Positions 9,869 to 19,935 of a stretch of 64,000 bases of DNA are shown here, in pieces. The stretch comes from Gammaproteobacteria bacterium. Lineage in GTDB: Bacteria; Pseudomonadota; Gammaproteobacteria; GCA-001735895. The translations under genes and the position numbers were made by a program. Under the pieces are notes generated by a model. The model made no database searches. It saw only the letters and a list, made by a program, of their open reading frames with translations, and was not told the origin of the DNA. The number at the start of each line of letters is the position of its first letter. The first letter of the stretch is position 1. The stretch is taken from assembly GCA_050298595.1 (NCBI GenBank), contig JBNKUM010000115.1:32001-96000 (forward strand), in the 5' to 3' direction.

Positions 9869-10777
9869 TTAGCCTCGAGGATGGTGTTCCTCATGCAGGG
9901 ATTGCAACCTGGCCTGCGCGATATGCGTATAGATTTGAGTAGTCGATAAGTCGCTATGGCCCAATAACATCTGCACTGTTCTCAGGTCTGCACCGTGGTT
10001 AAGTAAGTGCGTAGCAAACGCATGTCGCAAAGAATGAGGCGAAAAACTGGTTTTGATACCAGCAATTAACAGATACTTTTTAATATGCTGCCAAAATGCC
10101 TGGCGCGTAATAGCACTGCCCCTGCTGGATAAAAACAGCGCATCGGTAGTCACCTGGGGCTTAACCAGCATAGCTCGAGACTGATTAGTATATCTTTTTA
10201 ACCAGTAAAGGGCCTCTTCTCCTACCGGTATCACGCGTTCTTTATTGCCTTTACCTGTCAACCTGACCAGGCCGAGATTCTGGTTTATCTGATTTAATTC
10301 AAGTGATACCAGCTCACTTACACGTAGACCTGACGAATACATCAATTCAAGCATGCATCGATCACGTAAACCATAATCAGATTCGATATCGGGTGCCTGC
10401 AACAGGTTATCCATGTCTTTCTCAGTTAAACTACCGGGCAATAAGCGGGTTATTTTTGGCGCACTGATCAGTTCACTGGGATTATCTGGCCTTTGACCAC
10501 TACGAACCTGGTAGCGAAAAAACTGTTTAATGGTCGATAACAGACGGGCATTGGTTCTAGCAGAGGATTTGTTCTCCATTCTGAAAGCCAGGTATTGAAG
10601 AATTAAGGCCTGATCCACTTCTATCAGAGGTTTATTTTGTTTCTGTAACCACCTGGCAAACAACAACAGGTCCTGTTTATAGGCATCAAGAGTTAGTTTA
10701 GACAGTCCTTTCTCAGACCAGATGCTATCGATAAACTGATCAATTCTGTTTTCTGACTGTTGTAATGGAGTAATCAT
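9869..10777 (-). CDS. xerD: Site-specific tyrosine recombinase XerD
   Basis: LRDRCMLELMYSSGLRVSEL, SPHSLRHAFATHLLNHGADLR, LGHSDLSTTQIYT, C-terminal HHPRG. Confidence 0.95.
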   Translation of the reverse strand: MITPLQQSENRIDQFIDSIWSEKGLSKLTLDAYKQDLLLFARWLQKQNKPLIEVDQALILQYLAFRMENKSSARTNARLLSTIKQFFRYQVRSGQRPDNPSELISAPKITRLLPGSLTEKDMDNLLQAPDIESDYGLRDRCMLELMYSSGLRVSELVSLELNQINQNLGLVRLTGKGNKERVIPVGEEALYWLKRYTNQSRAMLVKPQVTTDALFLSSRGSAITRQAFWQHIKKYLLIAGIKTSFSPHSLRHAFATHLLNHGADLRTVQMLLGHSDLSTTQIYTHIAQARLQSLHEEHHPRG

Positions 10778-10942
10778 CTTGATAACACCTTATCCCTTGA
10801 CCATTCTAGCTTACGTAATAAAGGACTCATAATTGATTCAAATATATCGATTGTATGGGTATGCAAACCTGTTTAGCGATGTATTACAACACTATGCGAA
10901 CTCATACCAGGGTGCAATAAGAATAGTTTTTTAACGACAGGC

Positions 10943-10974
10943 AAAAAAAAAGGCACATGATATGTGCCTTTTTT
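10943..10974 (-). terminator. Rho-independent terminator of the histone-like gene
   Basis: A-tract AGGCACAT-GAT-ATGTGCCT T-tract; A/T tracts on both sides. Confidence 0.85.
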
Positions 10975-10997
10975 AGCAATAAGCAGAAGTTAACTCA

Positions 10998-11453
10998 TTA
11001 ACTTGCGTCAGCTGCAGGTGCTGCAGGTGCTGCTGGAGCTGCTGCTTTCTTAGCTCTTTTCTTTTTTGGTTTTGGCTTAAGGGATTTAGCCAGACCAGAC
11101 AATTCCTTTTTAACCATAGCTGAAACACTCTTTTCGATTGATGAGCTCATACCGTTTGCTAATTTTGCAAGTCCGGCTGCACTTTTCTGAGTAGCTTTAA
11201 GCTCTGCTTTAACAGCGGCTAGTTCCGCTTTTAACGCCTTTATACGATCAGCAGGTGTAGTTACTCCAGTAACTGCTTTTTTAGCTGTAGATTTTTTTGC
11301 TATAGCTTTTTTAGTCGTTGTTTTTTTAACAGGCGCTTTTTTCGCCACTTTAGGGCGACCGCGTGTTACTGCTTTTTTCATCGCAGTTTTTTTAACAGCA
11401 GTTTTCTTAACTGCACTCTTTTTAGATTTCACTGATTTTTTCTTAATAGCCAT
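10998..11453 (-). CDS. Lys/Ala-rich histone H1-like putative nucleoid protein
   Basis: KK(S/T)AV-type repeats, RGRPK, a central coiled coil and a PAAPAAPAA tail; AGGA RBS and its own terminator. Confidence 0.7.
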   Translation of the reverse strand: MAIKKKSVKSKKSAVKKTAVKKTAMKKAVTRGRPKVAKKAPVKKTTTKKAIAKKSTAKKAVTGVTTPADRIKALKAELAAVKAELKATQKSAAGLAKLANGMSSSIEKSVSAMVKKELSGLAKSLKPKPKKKRAKKAAAPAAPAAPAADAS

Positions 11454-11581
11454 TTGCTGTTCCTGTTAGATAGGTTGTAGTAAACTAGATTATAAAAAGG
11501 GTTTTAATTTTTTCAACAATTGATTGTTGATTATCGCAAACTTTTTTAATATATGCGTCTATTTTTTATCATTTATTCATA

Positions 11582-12127
11582 ATGCAGCCAAAACTTTTAC
11601 TTCAATGTCCTCCCGCCGGTCTTTTTAAACAACTCGTCGCCATGCTTTACGATAGTTTTTTAATTGCTGCATTGTTATTTATTGCGACTGCCATATTGCT
11701 ACCATTTAATGAAGGCGAGGCCATTATTGGCCCTCTTTATAATATTTATCTGTTGTCTATTTTATTTATTTTTTATAGTGGCTTCTGGAAAAAGGGAGGC
11801 CAAACGCTTGGCATGAAAGCCTGGAAAATTAGAATCATCGATGAATATGGAAACAATCCTCCCTGGGCCATTGGATTTTTAAGATTATTTATAGCCAGTT
11901 TTTTGCCTGTTACTTTTCTGGGTTTAAATCAACACTTCGATTTGATAAGTGACTCTAAAGTTGAAGCGATGGTTTGTGTTTTTATTTTTCTTATGGGCTA
12001 TTTAGTTCGATTAGTCAGGCCATTTACAGTGCATGATCGCTTAAGCCAGACAAAAGTCATCGATATTTCTCAACTGCTGAAACAACAGCAGGAAATTCTA
12101 TCGGGTAGCAATCTTCCTTCGAATTAA
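11582..12127 (+). CDS. RDD family membrane protein
   Basis: AMLYD, GQTLGMKAWKIR and HDRLSQT; conserved position beside lptG. Confidence 0.88.
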   Translation: MQPKLLLQCPPAGLFKQLVAMLYDSFLIAALLFIATAILLPFNEGEAIIGPLYNIYLLSILFIFYSGFWKKGGQTLGMKAWKIRIIDEYGNNPPWAIGFLRLFIASFLPVTFLGLNQHFDLISDSKVEAMVCVFIFLMGYLVRLVRPFTVHDRLSQTKVIDISQLLKQQQEILSGSNLPSN

Positions 12128-13168
12128 CCACGCAGTAATCAATATAAATATAAATGTCGGAAGAAAAGCATTGATGAAAGGTGCTAAATTAGCCTGCTCT
12201 CCTATCTGAATCAGCAGTTTATTCATAACCACATATAAAAGCCCAAGCAGAATACCTGTTAATACCCGTTGTCCGGTATTACTTTGACGTTGCGACCCTA
12301 ATACAAAGGGAATAGCGAGTACAGCCATCACAATAATACCCAGCGGGCTATAAATTTTACGCCATAGGAATAAAGATTCTGCTTTATGGCTAAGTGAATT
12401 TTCGGTTAGAAAGTCGATATAGTGAGACAAATCTATAATCGACATTTGACCAGGATCTGTCACCATAGACTCAAGCAACTGTTTGCTGAGTTGTCCCTGA
12501 TAAAGCCACTTATCTTGCTGTTTCACCTCTATGTGCGACTCAGATAATAAAGTTTGCTTCACCTTATGCAATAACCAGCCCTGATTTCCCGCAGTGGCAT
12601 TTGCAGCTAATGTGGTACTGGTCAGTTTATCCTGTTTATCAAGATGATAAATTTTTATATCTCGAGCATTACCATCTGGATACAGTTGTTGAATATGAAT
12701 TATATTTTTTTCATCTTTGATCCATACCCCGCTCCGGCCAGTCACACTAATTCTTGACTGCCTGTGAGCGGATCGAAACTCCTTAGCGTAGGTTTCACTA
12801 TAAGGTACAACAATATTTGCCAGTATCACTGTAAAAAGAGCGACAAAAGTAGCAGCCAGAGTTACAGAGATGAGTAAGTTTTTGACTGATACGCCTGATG
12901 ATTGCATTGCAATTATTTCGCTGCCGCTTGCCAGGCTGCCCAAACTCAGAATACTACCCAATAACACAGCCAGCGGCATAAAGTCGACCATGATTGAGGG
13001 TACATTCATCAGTAGAAATTGCAGCATCTGAATGACTCCATAAGTCCCCTCGCCGACATTATTCAGCTCACGCACCATGCTATAAAACAGGCTAAGACTA
13101 ATCAGAATAAACAGTACCATGACGCTGCCTTTATAAATATTTCGAGCAAGATAGCTTAGTAAGATCAT
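12098..13168 (-). CDS. lptG: LPS export ABC permease LptG
   Basis: SEIIAMQSSGVS, GVWIKD; 3+3 TM layout; downstream of lptF. Confidence 0.92.
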   Translation of the reverse strand: MILLSYLARNIYKGSVMVLFILISLSLFYSMVRELNNVGEGTYGVIQMLQFLLMNVPSIMVDFMPLAVLLGSILSLGSLASGSEIIAMQSSGVSVKNLLISVTLAATFVALFTVILANIVVPYSETYAKEFRSAHRQSRISVTGRSGVWIKDEKNIIHIQQLYPDGNARDIKIYHLDKQDKLTSTTLAANATAGNQGWLLHKVKQTLLSESHIEVKQQDKWLYQGQLSKQLLESMVTDPGQMSIIDLSHYIDFLTENSLSHKAESLFLWRKIYSPLGIIVMAVLAIPFVLGSQRQSNTGQRVLTGILLGLLYVVMNKLLIQIGEQANLAPFINAFLPTFIFILITAWLIRRKIATR

Positions 13169-14259
13169 ACTGTTCTACCCCGTCTGAACAGAAAAAGATT
13201 GCCTGTACGTTTTTTTAATAGCAGCAAGGTTTGTACTAAAAACATTACATGTACCCACCAGTAATTTAGCCACATGGGAATAGTACCGGCTTCCATAGAG
13301 GTTTTTGACAGGCCTAACAAATTCAAATACACAATAAACACCAGCAAAGACAGACCAATTTTCCCATAACGCCCATGCCTGGGCGCAATATAAGAGAGTG
13401 GAACCGCCAGTAAAGCCAGCACCAGAACCGATATACAGTTAGAAATTCGCCACCATAGCTCAATTTTGTCAGATAAAGACACCGATGCCAGAATATCAGA
13501 CAGGGATTTTTCGTAGGGCTTCAATGCTTTGGCAGTTAAGGTTTTTTTCTTGAGTAAAGTTCCATGACTCTCGAATTCAATCACTTGATAATCGGGATCA
13601 CCAGCATTTCCCTGATAGCGTATGCCTGGCCCCATTTCAAGAAATAGATCGCCGCTAGTTTCATCCAGTTTATGACGTCCTTTTTTAGCGGTTTCCAGCA
13701 CATCCGATTTCTTTCCCTGTTGAGTGATAACAATATCGTAAATTTCAAGTCTATCTTCTGACATAGATTTCATAAAAAACACCTGATCATTTTTCTGATT
13801 AGGATTAAATTGTCCAACCTTCATCTGCTGAAACTCGTGCACATTTTCCTTCTCATTAATGATATGACGTGCATATGCCTGCATCTCGGCATTAAGCCAC
13901 AGGCTACAAAAGATACTGATCAGGAGAACAGGAAATAGCAGGATCAAAACTACTCTATAAAGATCTCTATAACCAACACCACAGGCATGCATCACTACCA
14001 GTTCATGGTCTTTATACAGACGTCCAAAAGCAAAAATAATCCCCAGAAAAAAACCCAGTGGCAATAACATGGAAAAAACATCGACTGACTGCGCCAGCAA
14101 TACCGGATAAAGTGCCTCAGAAGGCAACTTTCCAGAAGAAATATCTGACAGAGCTCTCCCCAGAGAGTTACTCATCAAAATCACGTACAATATCAAGGTT
14201 GTAGCAACTGAACTTTTCAGTATTTCAACAACAAGATAGCGCTGTATAATAGATATCAT
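13165..14259 (-). CDS. lptF: LPS export ABC permease LptF
   Basis: GRLYKDHELVVMHACG, LAVPLS..PRHGRY; divergent from pepA. Confidence 0.92.
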   Translation of the reverse strand: MISIIQRYLVVEILKSSVATTLILYVILMSNSLGRALSDISSGKLPSEALYPVLLAQSVDVFSMLLPLGFFLGIIFAFGRLYKDHELVVMHACGVGYRDLYRVVLILLFPVLLISIFCSLWLNAEMQAYARHIINEKENVHEFQQMKVGQFNPNQKNDQVFFMKSMSEDRLEIYDIVITQQGKKSDVLETAKKGRHKLDETSGDLFLEMGPGIRYQGNAGDPDYQVIEFESHGTLLKKKTLTAKALKPYEKSLSDILASVSLSDKIELWWRISNCISVLVLALLAVPLSYIAPRHGRYGKIGLSLLVFIVYLNLLGLSKTSMEAGTIPMWLNYWWVHVMFLVQTLLLLKKRTGNLFLFRRGRTV

Positions 14260-14486
14260 TGATAGAATATAATTGAACTGAATTAAAAAAAGCTAAATAT
14301 TGTGATAAAACAAAAATCGTTCTGGTTGTTTTTTAATACTTATCGTATCTTATATCATTGTATACTTATTGGCAGCCCCGCTTTTCGAACAATAGCACGC
14401 GCCGCTTTTTCTCAGTTGTTGCCGGCATATGACTTCAAGACATATGCACGGACTTAATGTAGTTAAAATCAGGTAGGTTTAACCCC

Positions 14487-15980
14487 ATGGAATTTAATGT
14501 TAAAAGTGGTAATCCCGAAAAACAGCGGACTGCATGCCTTATAATTGCAGTTTCTGAACCACGAAAACTCTCACGCGCCGGAAAATCGATCGACAAGATC
14601 AGTGACGGTTATTTATCCACCGTCATTCGGCGCGGTGATATGGATGGCAAACTTGGACAGACCCGAGTTCTCCACAATGTTCCGGGCACCCTGGCAGACC
14701 GTGTTCTGTTAGTAGGCTGTGGCAAGGATAAGAATTTAAACGAGGCATCCTATTTAAAGATTCTTGACAGCCTGTCACAGGCGATGGATAACCTGGGAGC
14801 AATGGAAGCCCACTCCTATCTGAGTGACATTAATATAAAGGGACGCGACATTATATGGAAAATCCGCCAGACCGTCATTCGCATGGAAAGCAATCGTTAC
14901 CTTTTTGACCAATTAAAAACCGATAAAAAAGCGCCTTCTAAAAATCTTCGTAAACTGGTGTTAAATGTACCCAGTCGCCGCGACCTGAGTGCAGGCGAAA
15001 ATGCCATACTGCAGGGTAATTCAGTGACCTCTGGCGTTAACCTGGCCAAAGACCTGGGCAATTTGCCCGGCAATATCTGTACGCCTTCTTATCTTGCCGA
15101 ACAGGCTTTACGACTGGAAAAATTATTCCCTGCCCTGGTAACCGATATTCTCGAAGAAGAGGATATGAAAAAACTCGAAATGGGCTCCCTGCTATCGGTC
15201 AGCGCAGGCAGTCGACAGCCAGCAAAATTGATCTGTATGGAATACCACGGTAGTGATGTCGAGCAAAAGCCTGTCGTACTGGTTGGAAAAGGAGTCACTT
15301 TTGACTCTGGCGGCATCTCGCTCAAACCTGGCGCGGCGATGGATGAAATGAAGTACGACATGTGCGGTGCAGCCTCAGTATTAGGCACTATGAATGCGAT
15401 AGCAGAAATGCAATTACCCATAAATGTGGTTGGTATTATCCCCACTACCGAGAACCTCCCAGATGGTCTGGCGACCAAACCGGGAGACATCGTCACCAGC
15501 ATGTCAGGGCAAACCATCGAAATCCTCAACACCGATGCCGAAGGGCGTCTGATTCTATGTGATGCTCTTACTTATGCTGAAAAATATGATCCTGATGTGG
15601 TCATAGATATAGCTACCCTGACCGGAGCCTGCATCGTAGCATTAGGACGAGTACCCTCAGCTGTATTAGGTAATCACAGCCCATTAATCAATGACCTGAT
15701 CAGTGCAGGTAAGAAGATAGAGGACAAACTCTGGGAATTACCCTTATGGGATGAGTATCAGGAACAGCTGGACAGTAATTTCGCCGACATCGCCAATATT
15801 GGGGGAAAAGACGGTGGCACCATTACCGCGGCATGCTTCCTGTCACGCTTCACAAAAAAATATAAATGGGCACACCTTGATATCGCAGGCACAGCCTGGA
15901 TCACGGGTGACAAAAAAGGCGCCACCGGAAGACCCGTCCCCTTACTCACCCAGTACATACTGGATCGACTGGAAGGTTAA
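14487..15980 (+). CDS. pepA: Leucyl aminopeptidase
   Basis: MEFNVKSG start, GKGVTFDSGG, MKYDMCGAA, NTDAEGRL. Confidence 0.97.
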   Translation: MEFNVKSGNPEKQRTACLIIAVSEPRKLSRAGKSIDKISDGYLSTVIRRGDMDGKLGQTRVLHNVPGTLADRVLLVGCGKDKNLNEASYLKILDSLSQAMDNLGAMEAHSYLSDINIKGRDIIWKIRQTVIRMESNRYLFDQLKTDKKAPSKNLRKLVLNVPSRRDLSAGENAILQGNSVTSGVNLAKDLGNLPGNICTPSYLAEQALRLEKLFPALVTDILEEEDMKKLEMGSLLSVSAGSRQPAKLICMEYHGSDVEQKPVVLVGKGVTFDSGGISLKPGAAMDEMKYDMCGAASVLGTMNAIAEMQLPINVVGIIPTTENLPDGLATKPGDIVTSMSGQTIEILNTDAEGRLILCDALTYAEKYDPDVVIDIATLTGACIVALGRVPSAVLGNHSPLINDLISAGKKIEDKLWELPLWDEYQEQLDSNFADIANIGGKDGGTITAACFLSRFTKKYKWAHLDIAGTAWITGDKKGATGRPVPLLTQYILDRLEG

Positions 15981-15986
15981 AGTCAT

Positions 15987-16400
15987 ATGACACGTATAGA
16001 CTTTTACCAGATAACCGAATCACGCCTGAGTGAAGATGCACTGGTGTGTAAGTTATGCCAGAAAGCCTATGCCGCAAAGCAAAATGTATTATTGCTCACC
16101 CGTAGTGAGCAACATAGCCAGAGACTGGACCAGTTATTGTGGACGCATGACGATGAAAGCTTCATACCTCACGACCAACAGGATGATGAAGGCATGCTTA
16201 CGCCGATTTTAATCAATCACGAGGCTGACCCGCGGGGTGAACGCCAGTTATTAATCAACCTGAGTAATGAAATCCCTCTGTTCTTTGCCCAGTTCGAGCG
16301 TGTGCTCGAACTGGTTACTGATGACAATAAAGAGCAGGCTCGATCACATTACAGTTACTATAAAGAACGCGGCTACCCGCTCAATTATCACCCGCTATGA
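15987..16400 (+). CDS. holC: DNA polymerase III chi subunit
   Basis: RIDFY, LDQLLW...SFIPH, FERVLE, ARSHYSYY; follows pepA. Confidence 0.93.
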   Translation: MTRIDFYQITESRLSEDALVCKLCQKAYAAKQNVLLLTRSEQHSQRLDQLLWTHDDESFIPHDQQDDEGMLTPILINHEADPRGERQLLINLSNEIPLFFAQFERVLELVTDDNKEQARSHYSYYKERGYPLNYHPL

Positions 16401-16708
16401 GTAAAGAAATTAAAATCCCATTACTCAAAGAACTGATTTCCAGAGGAGATAAGGACGCTGGTTATTTAGAAACTACCTCATCTGAGGGCCATCAAATAGA
16501 AACTCCGCATGACTCACCCGAGCATCTGAATATTTTTAAACCGGAGCCAATAAATTTATCGGAGCTGGAAAACGATGAGCATATGGAAGATTTTTTTTCA
16601 GTTCAGGAGTTATTGATTGAAGAGGAGGTACGCATGATTCTGGATAAGCATATGGAAAATGCTTATGAGGAAATTATTCGATTAATTCATCATCGGTTAA
16701 ACCATTAA
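16397..16708 (+). CDS. Hypothetical acidic protein coupled to holC
   Basis: ATGA overlap with the holC stop; N-terminal IPLLKE and a C-terminal amphipathic helix. Confidence 0.65.
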   Translation: MSKEIKIPLLKELISRGDKDAGYLETTSSEGHQIETPHDSPEHLNIFKPEPINLSELENDEHMEDFFSVQELLIEEEVRMILDKHMENAYEEIIRLIHHRLNH

Positions 16709-16749
16709 TCTGACGCGACTTCGATTGGATTTTTAGTATCAAACCACAC

Positions 16750-17043
16750 CGGGTATCCGAAAAAACTACAGCTCACACCATGCATGGATAAGGAAATCAT
16801 AGGGGTGTTTTCAGCATGCTCACCACTCAGGCAGAATCATATTGGTCTGTCTATTGTTCAATTGAAAAAAGTTGAAGGTAATAAAGTTTTTGTAGAGGTA
16901 TTGATGTTCTGGATGGAACACCTTTGCTGGATATTAAGCAGTATATTTCGGTGTTTGATCGTGTGGAAGAGAGTTCTTTGGGGTGATTGAAGGCTAGTGA
17001 TGAGGAAATTGTTGAGAAACGGTCGGATGATCGGTTTCAATGA
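16750..17043 (+). pseudogene. TrmO/TsaA (tRNA m6t6A37 methyltransferase) C-terminal fragment
   Basis: GVFSACSPLRQNHIGLSIVQL, a frameshift near 16895, then IDVLDGTPLLDIKQY, an in-frame TGA near 16985 and KRSDDRFQ*. The 5' half is missing. Confidence 0.8.
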
Positions 17044-17082
17044 TGCCTCTGACGGATAATTGTTTCACACGCTTTTGCTTTT

Positions 17083-17353
17083 CTTGCTTCGTAGCTACTG
17101 ACGAGTACGCGTGCAAGTAACTTCCTTTTACGCGAAAAGAAAGATACCAAAGAAAGCACGCCCCACAATCCCTTGATTATTTCGGGCTTCCGGCCCTCCA
17201 CCCTCCGGGCCGCACTGTGTGCGTTCAAAAATGTTCCAGACATTTTTGTCGTCAAAATAGCACTCACATCGCGGTCGGCTCAGACGCGCGTCCCACCGCG
17301 CTGAGCCTCAAATGGCATCCATGCCTTTTGACCCCGATCTGAACATTATTTTG
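17083..17353. repeat. GC-rich multi-hairpin element with GGA loops on the minus strand
   Basis: Hairpins at 17121-17143, 17191-17212, 17226-17248 (perfect 9 bp), 17277-17307 and 17308-17331; enclosing stem 17253-17259/17347-17353. Confidence 0.65.
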
Positions 17354-17547
17354 CCGCGGGTTTGAAAGAGTATTTTAAAATAAAAGAGTTTCCTGGTTAC
17401 GTATAAAGCGCCATTAGCTTGGTTACTTGAAGATCCAGTAGAAAAAAGAACTAGTAATTTTAAAGATGATCTGTATTGCAGAGAATAAAAAATCACTATA
17501 AGATTTTAGCCGATGGATCAAAAACCATGTCACTTTAGCACTGACTC

Positions 17548-17842
17548 ATGAAAATTTATTTAGATGACTTAAGGCCAACTCCTGATGGTTGGATACATAC
17601 ATTGGCCTGATGAAGTCATAGAATATCTAAAGACTGATAATGTTGAAATTATCAGCCTTGATCATGATTCAGGGGATGTCGAAAGATGTACTGGTTACGA
17701 TGTAGTACTCTGGATTGAAGAAGCCGTTGCAACCAGAAGATTCAAGCCACCTGAAATTAGAGTACATAGTGCGAATAGTGCTGCAAGAGCACGAATAGAA
17801 GCTGGAATTCGAGCTATCGAACGCTTAACTCGGGAATTGTAG
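17548..17842 (+). pseudogene. Cyclic-phosphate-processing receiver-like domain protein, frameshifted
   Basis: MKIYLDDLRPTPDGW, a frameshift near 17600, then WPDEV...ISLDHD...TGYDVVLWIEE...VHSAN. Confidence 0.75.
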
Positions 17843-17900
17843 CGAGTTATGACTGATGATTTTTATACTGTAGTACCTGATATCTAAAACTATCAATAAA

Positions 17901-18434
17901 ATGAAATCAACAATCATATATTTCTTATTTTCCCTAACCTTGGTTACCCTCCCCGCTGCTGCACAGGCTCAAATACCACCAACAACCATAGAGAATATCA
18001 TTGCTGATTACACTCAACAAATGTCAAAAGACTGGAGCGACTACAAACTCACTCAATATTTCTCAAAACAAAAACCAGACTTTCATTACCTGTCTGAGAC
18101 CTTTGAACAGTCCATAGTTTCTGATTCTACTAATATAGAGTCCCGCTATATTAATGTATCGGAAATACCTGATTCAAAAGGCGGTTACGAATTAATTATT
18201 TTAAAAATAACCTACCCGAATCTCGAAATAAGCAGCGTTAACTACAGTAAAATAATAAACTCCCCCAACAAAAATCTAAAAGGCGGAAAGATTTTTATCG
18301 GCTATACCGCTAAGCAATGTGATAATGAAATCATCCTTATAGCCTCACTAGCTGTAGCTTCTGAAAAAATCAAAAGCTATTTTTCACACTTTCAGAAATC
18401 TGCATATTTATGCCTGAAATTCAACAAGGATTGA
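17901..18434 (+). CDS. Hypothetical exported protein
   Basis: Sec signal ending in AQA; 177 aa; AT-rich; no motif recognised. Confidence 0.65.
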   Translation: MKSTIIYFLFSLTLVTLPAAAQAQIPPTTIENIIADYTQQMSKDWSDYKLTQYFSKQKPDFHYLSETFEQSIVSDSTNIESRYINVSEIPDSKGGYELIILKITYPNLEISSVNYSKIINSPNKNLKGGKIFIGYTAKQCDNEIILIASLAVASEKIKSYFSHFQKSAYLCLKFNKD

Positions 18435-18465
18435 AATTAACGCACTTTCTGAGAGGTGTTTTAAC

Positions 18466-19044
18466 TTGAACCTATCACTGCTGAACCTTAGAAACAGTTA
18501 TTATTTTATGCGACATGGCGAGAGCGAAGCCAATGTGGCAGGTTTAATCGTGAGCGATCCTGAACAGGGTTGCCATACTTTTGGTTTAACTGAAAACGGT
18601 AAACAACAGGTTCTTTCTTCTATTAAGGGTTTTTCTGAAACTGCATTCGATGTCATTATCACTTCAGATTTCCTCAGAGCTAGACAAACCGCTGAGATTG
18701 TTGCTGAATTGTGTAATTTACCTGCACCAGTAATAAAACCCGATTTACGAGAACGATGGTTTGGAGAATGGGATGGTCAGTCTGATATTCATTATCAGGA
18801 TGTCTGGAATAACGATATAAAACCTGACCCAACTAATGATACAAACGTAGAACCTGTTGAAAATGTTCTACAACGAGGGCTGAATGTTATTAAACAGCTT
18901 GAAAAGGAATACAGTGAAAAATCGATTTTACTGGTATCTCATGGAGATATGTTGCAGATTTTACACACAGCTTTTAATGGTTTAGCACCTTCCCAACATA
19001 GAAAACTGCCTCATCACCGGACAGCACAAATCATTAAATTTTAA
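18466..19044 (+). CDS. Histidine phosphatase (PGM-like) family protein
   Basis: RHGES, SDFLRARQTA, LRERWFG, LVSHGD; GAGG RBS before a TTG start. Confidence 0.9.
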   Translation: MNLSLLNLRNSYYFMRHGESEANVAGLIVSDPEQGCHTFGLTENGKQQVLSSIKGFSETAFDVIITSDFLRARQTAEIVAELCNLPAPVIKPDLRERWFGEWDGQSDIHYQDVWNNDIKPDPTNDTNVEPVENVLQRGLNVIKQLEKEYSEKSILLVSHGDMLQILHTAFNGLAPSQHRKLPHHRTAQIIKF

Positions 19045-19095
19045 AATCAGCTCAACTGACCTGCCCCATGAGATTTACATCTATAGGAAATAAGA

Positions 19096-19613
19096 ATGGA
19101 TGAATATTTTCAGAGCTTGCAGAATTAGTTGGTGACGAATTTGAACATATTGACAGAAGATTAAAAAATCACCTTCAGGGCACTCGTAACCTCCTTAAAG
19201 AATGATCTGCATCAGCCACATTGCAAATAGCTGGCTTATATCATGCCGTCTATTGTACAGATGGCTTTGGTGATGTACTTTATTATCGGTATAGAGGCCG
19301 AAGACATTGTTTATTTATACTGTGCCTGCGATAGGGATTACTTTTGGCCTCAGATCGATGTTGAGGCAGAGCCTGAATTCAGAAATAGATTCACTGTTAA
19401 ATTGTTCCCGTTAAGTCCGCAGCAGCTTCAAGATTTTTGTGAATTGACCGTGGCAAACGAAATTGAAATTGCTATGGATAATCCATCATTCATAAATGAG
19501 TATGGTCGGTATCTGTATTCAACGTTTAAAAACATTCGTAAAATTATATATCTAAGCCAGCATCAACCGCTGTTGAGCAGGTATTAGGTTGCAGCAATGC
19601 TTAAAAAGATGCA
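19096..19613 (+). pseudogene. HD-like (DUF6817-type) protein pseudogene
   Basis: Fragments across frames: HLQGTRNLLKE*...AGLYHAVYCTDGF and IGIEAEDIVYLYCACDR...ELTVANE; internal stop and frameshifts. Confidence 0.65.
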
Positions 19614-19935
19614 GCTACCGAGTTCAGGAATCTAAGCATACTAAATCGTTTAATGTAGTTGCTAATTTTGATAGAGATTCCCGCACTATCGCTCGTAATG
19701 AACTGGAACTTTAGGTTCAATCCCATATTTTGGCCCGGCATAAAAAGACAACAAGCAAATCTCTTTGAAGTGTTGAATATATTTACCCAGTCCTTATTGA
19801 GCGCTAAAAAACTAGTCATCTTGTTGGGTCAACGGACACAGATGTCCACTGAAGACAATAGCTCATGATTGAAATCCCAATGACTAGAAGATAAGCTACC
19901 CCCCTCGTGGCAGTTGGATTTCAAAGAGTAGTTAA

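Noticed and set aside
9869-10777. Tyrosine recombinase as an island or integron integrase
   Set aside because: It has XerD signatures (HHPRG tail), sits in the conserved xerD-RDD-lptG context and lacks the IntI-specific insertion.
16784-17496. Short ORFs 16784-16990, 16858-17040, 17037-17267 and 17308-17496
   Set aside because: They are a pseudogene fragment, its antisense shadow, and ORFs spanning the structured repeat; none is independently supported.
17823-17852. attC-like GCTTAACTCG...CGAGTTAT dyad
   Set aside because: Only ~30 bp, with no L boxes and no similar sites after neighbouring genes, so no integron array is supported.
19601-19868. Short ORFs on both strands and a weak CTAGTCA/TGACTAG dyad
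   Set aside because: No RBS or motif; most likely decayed DNA.
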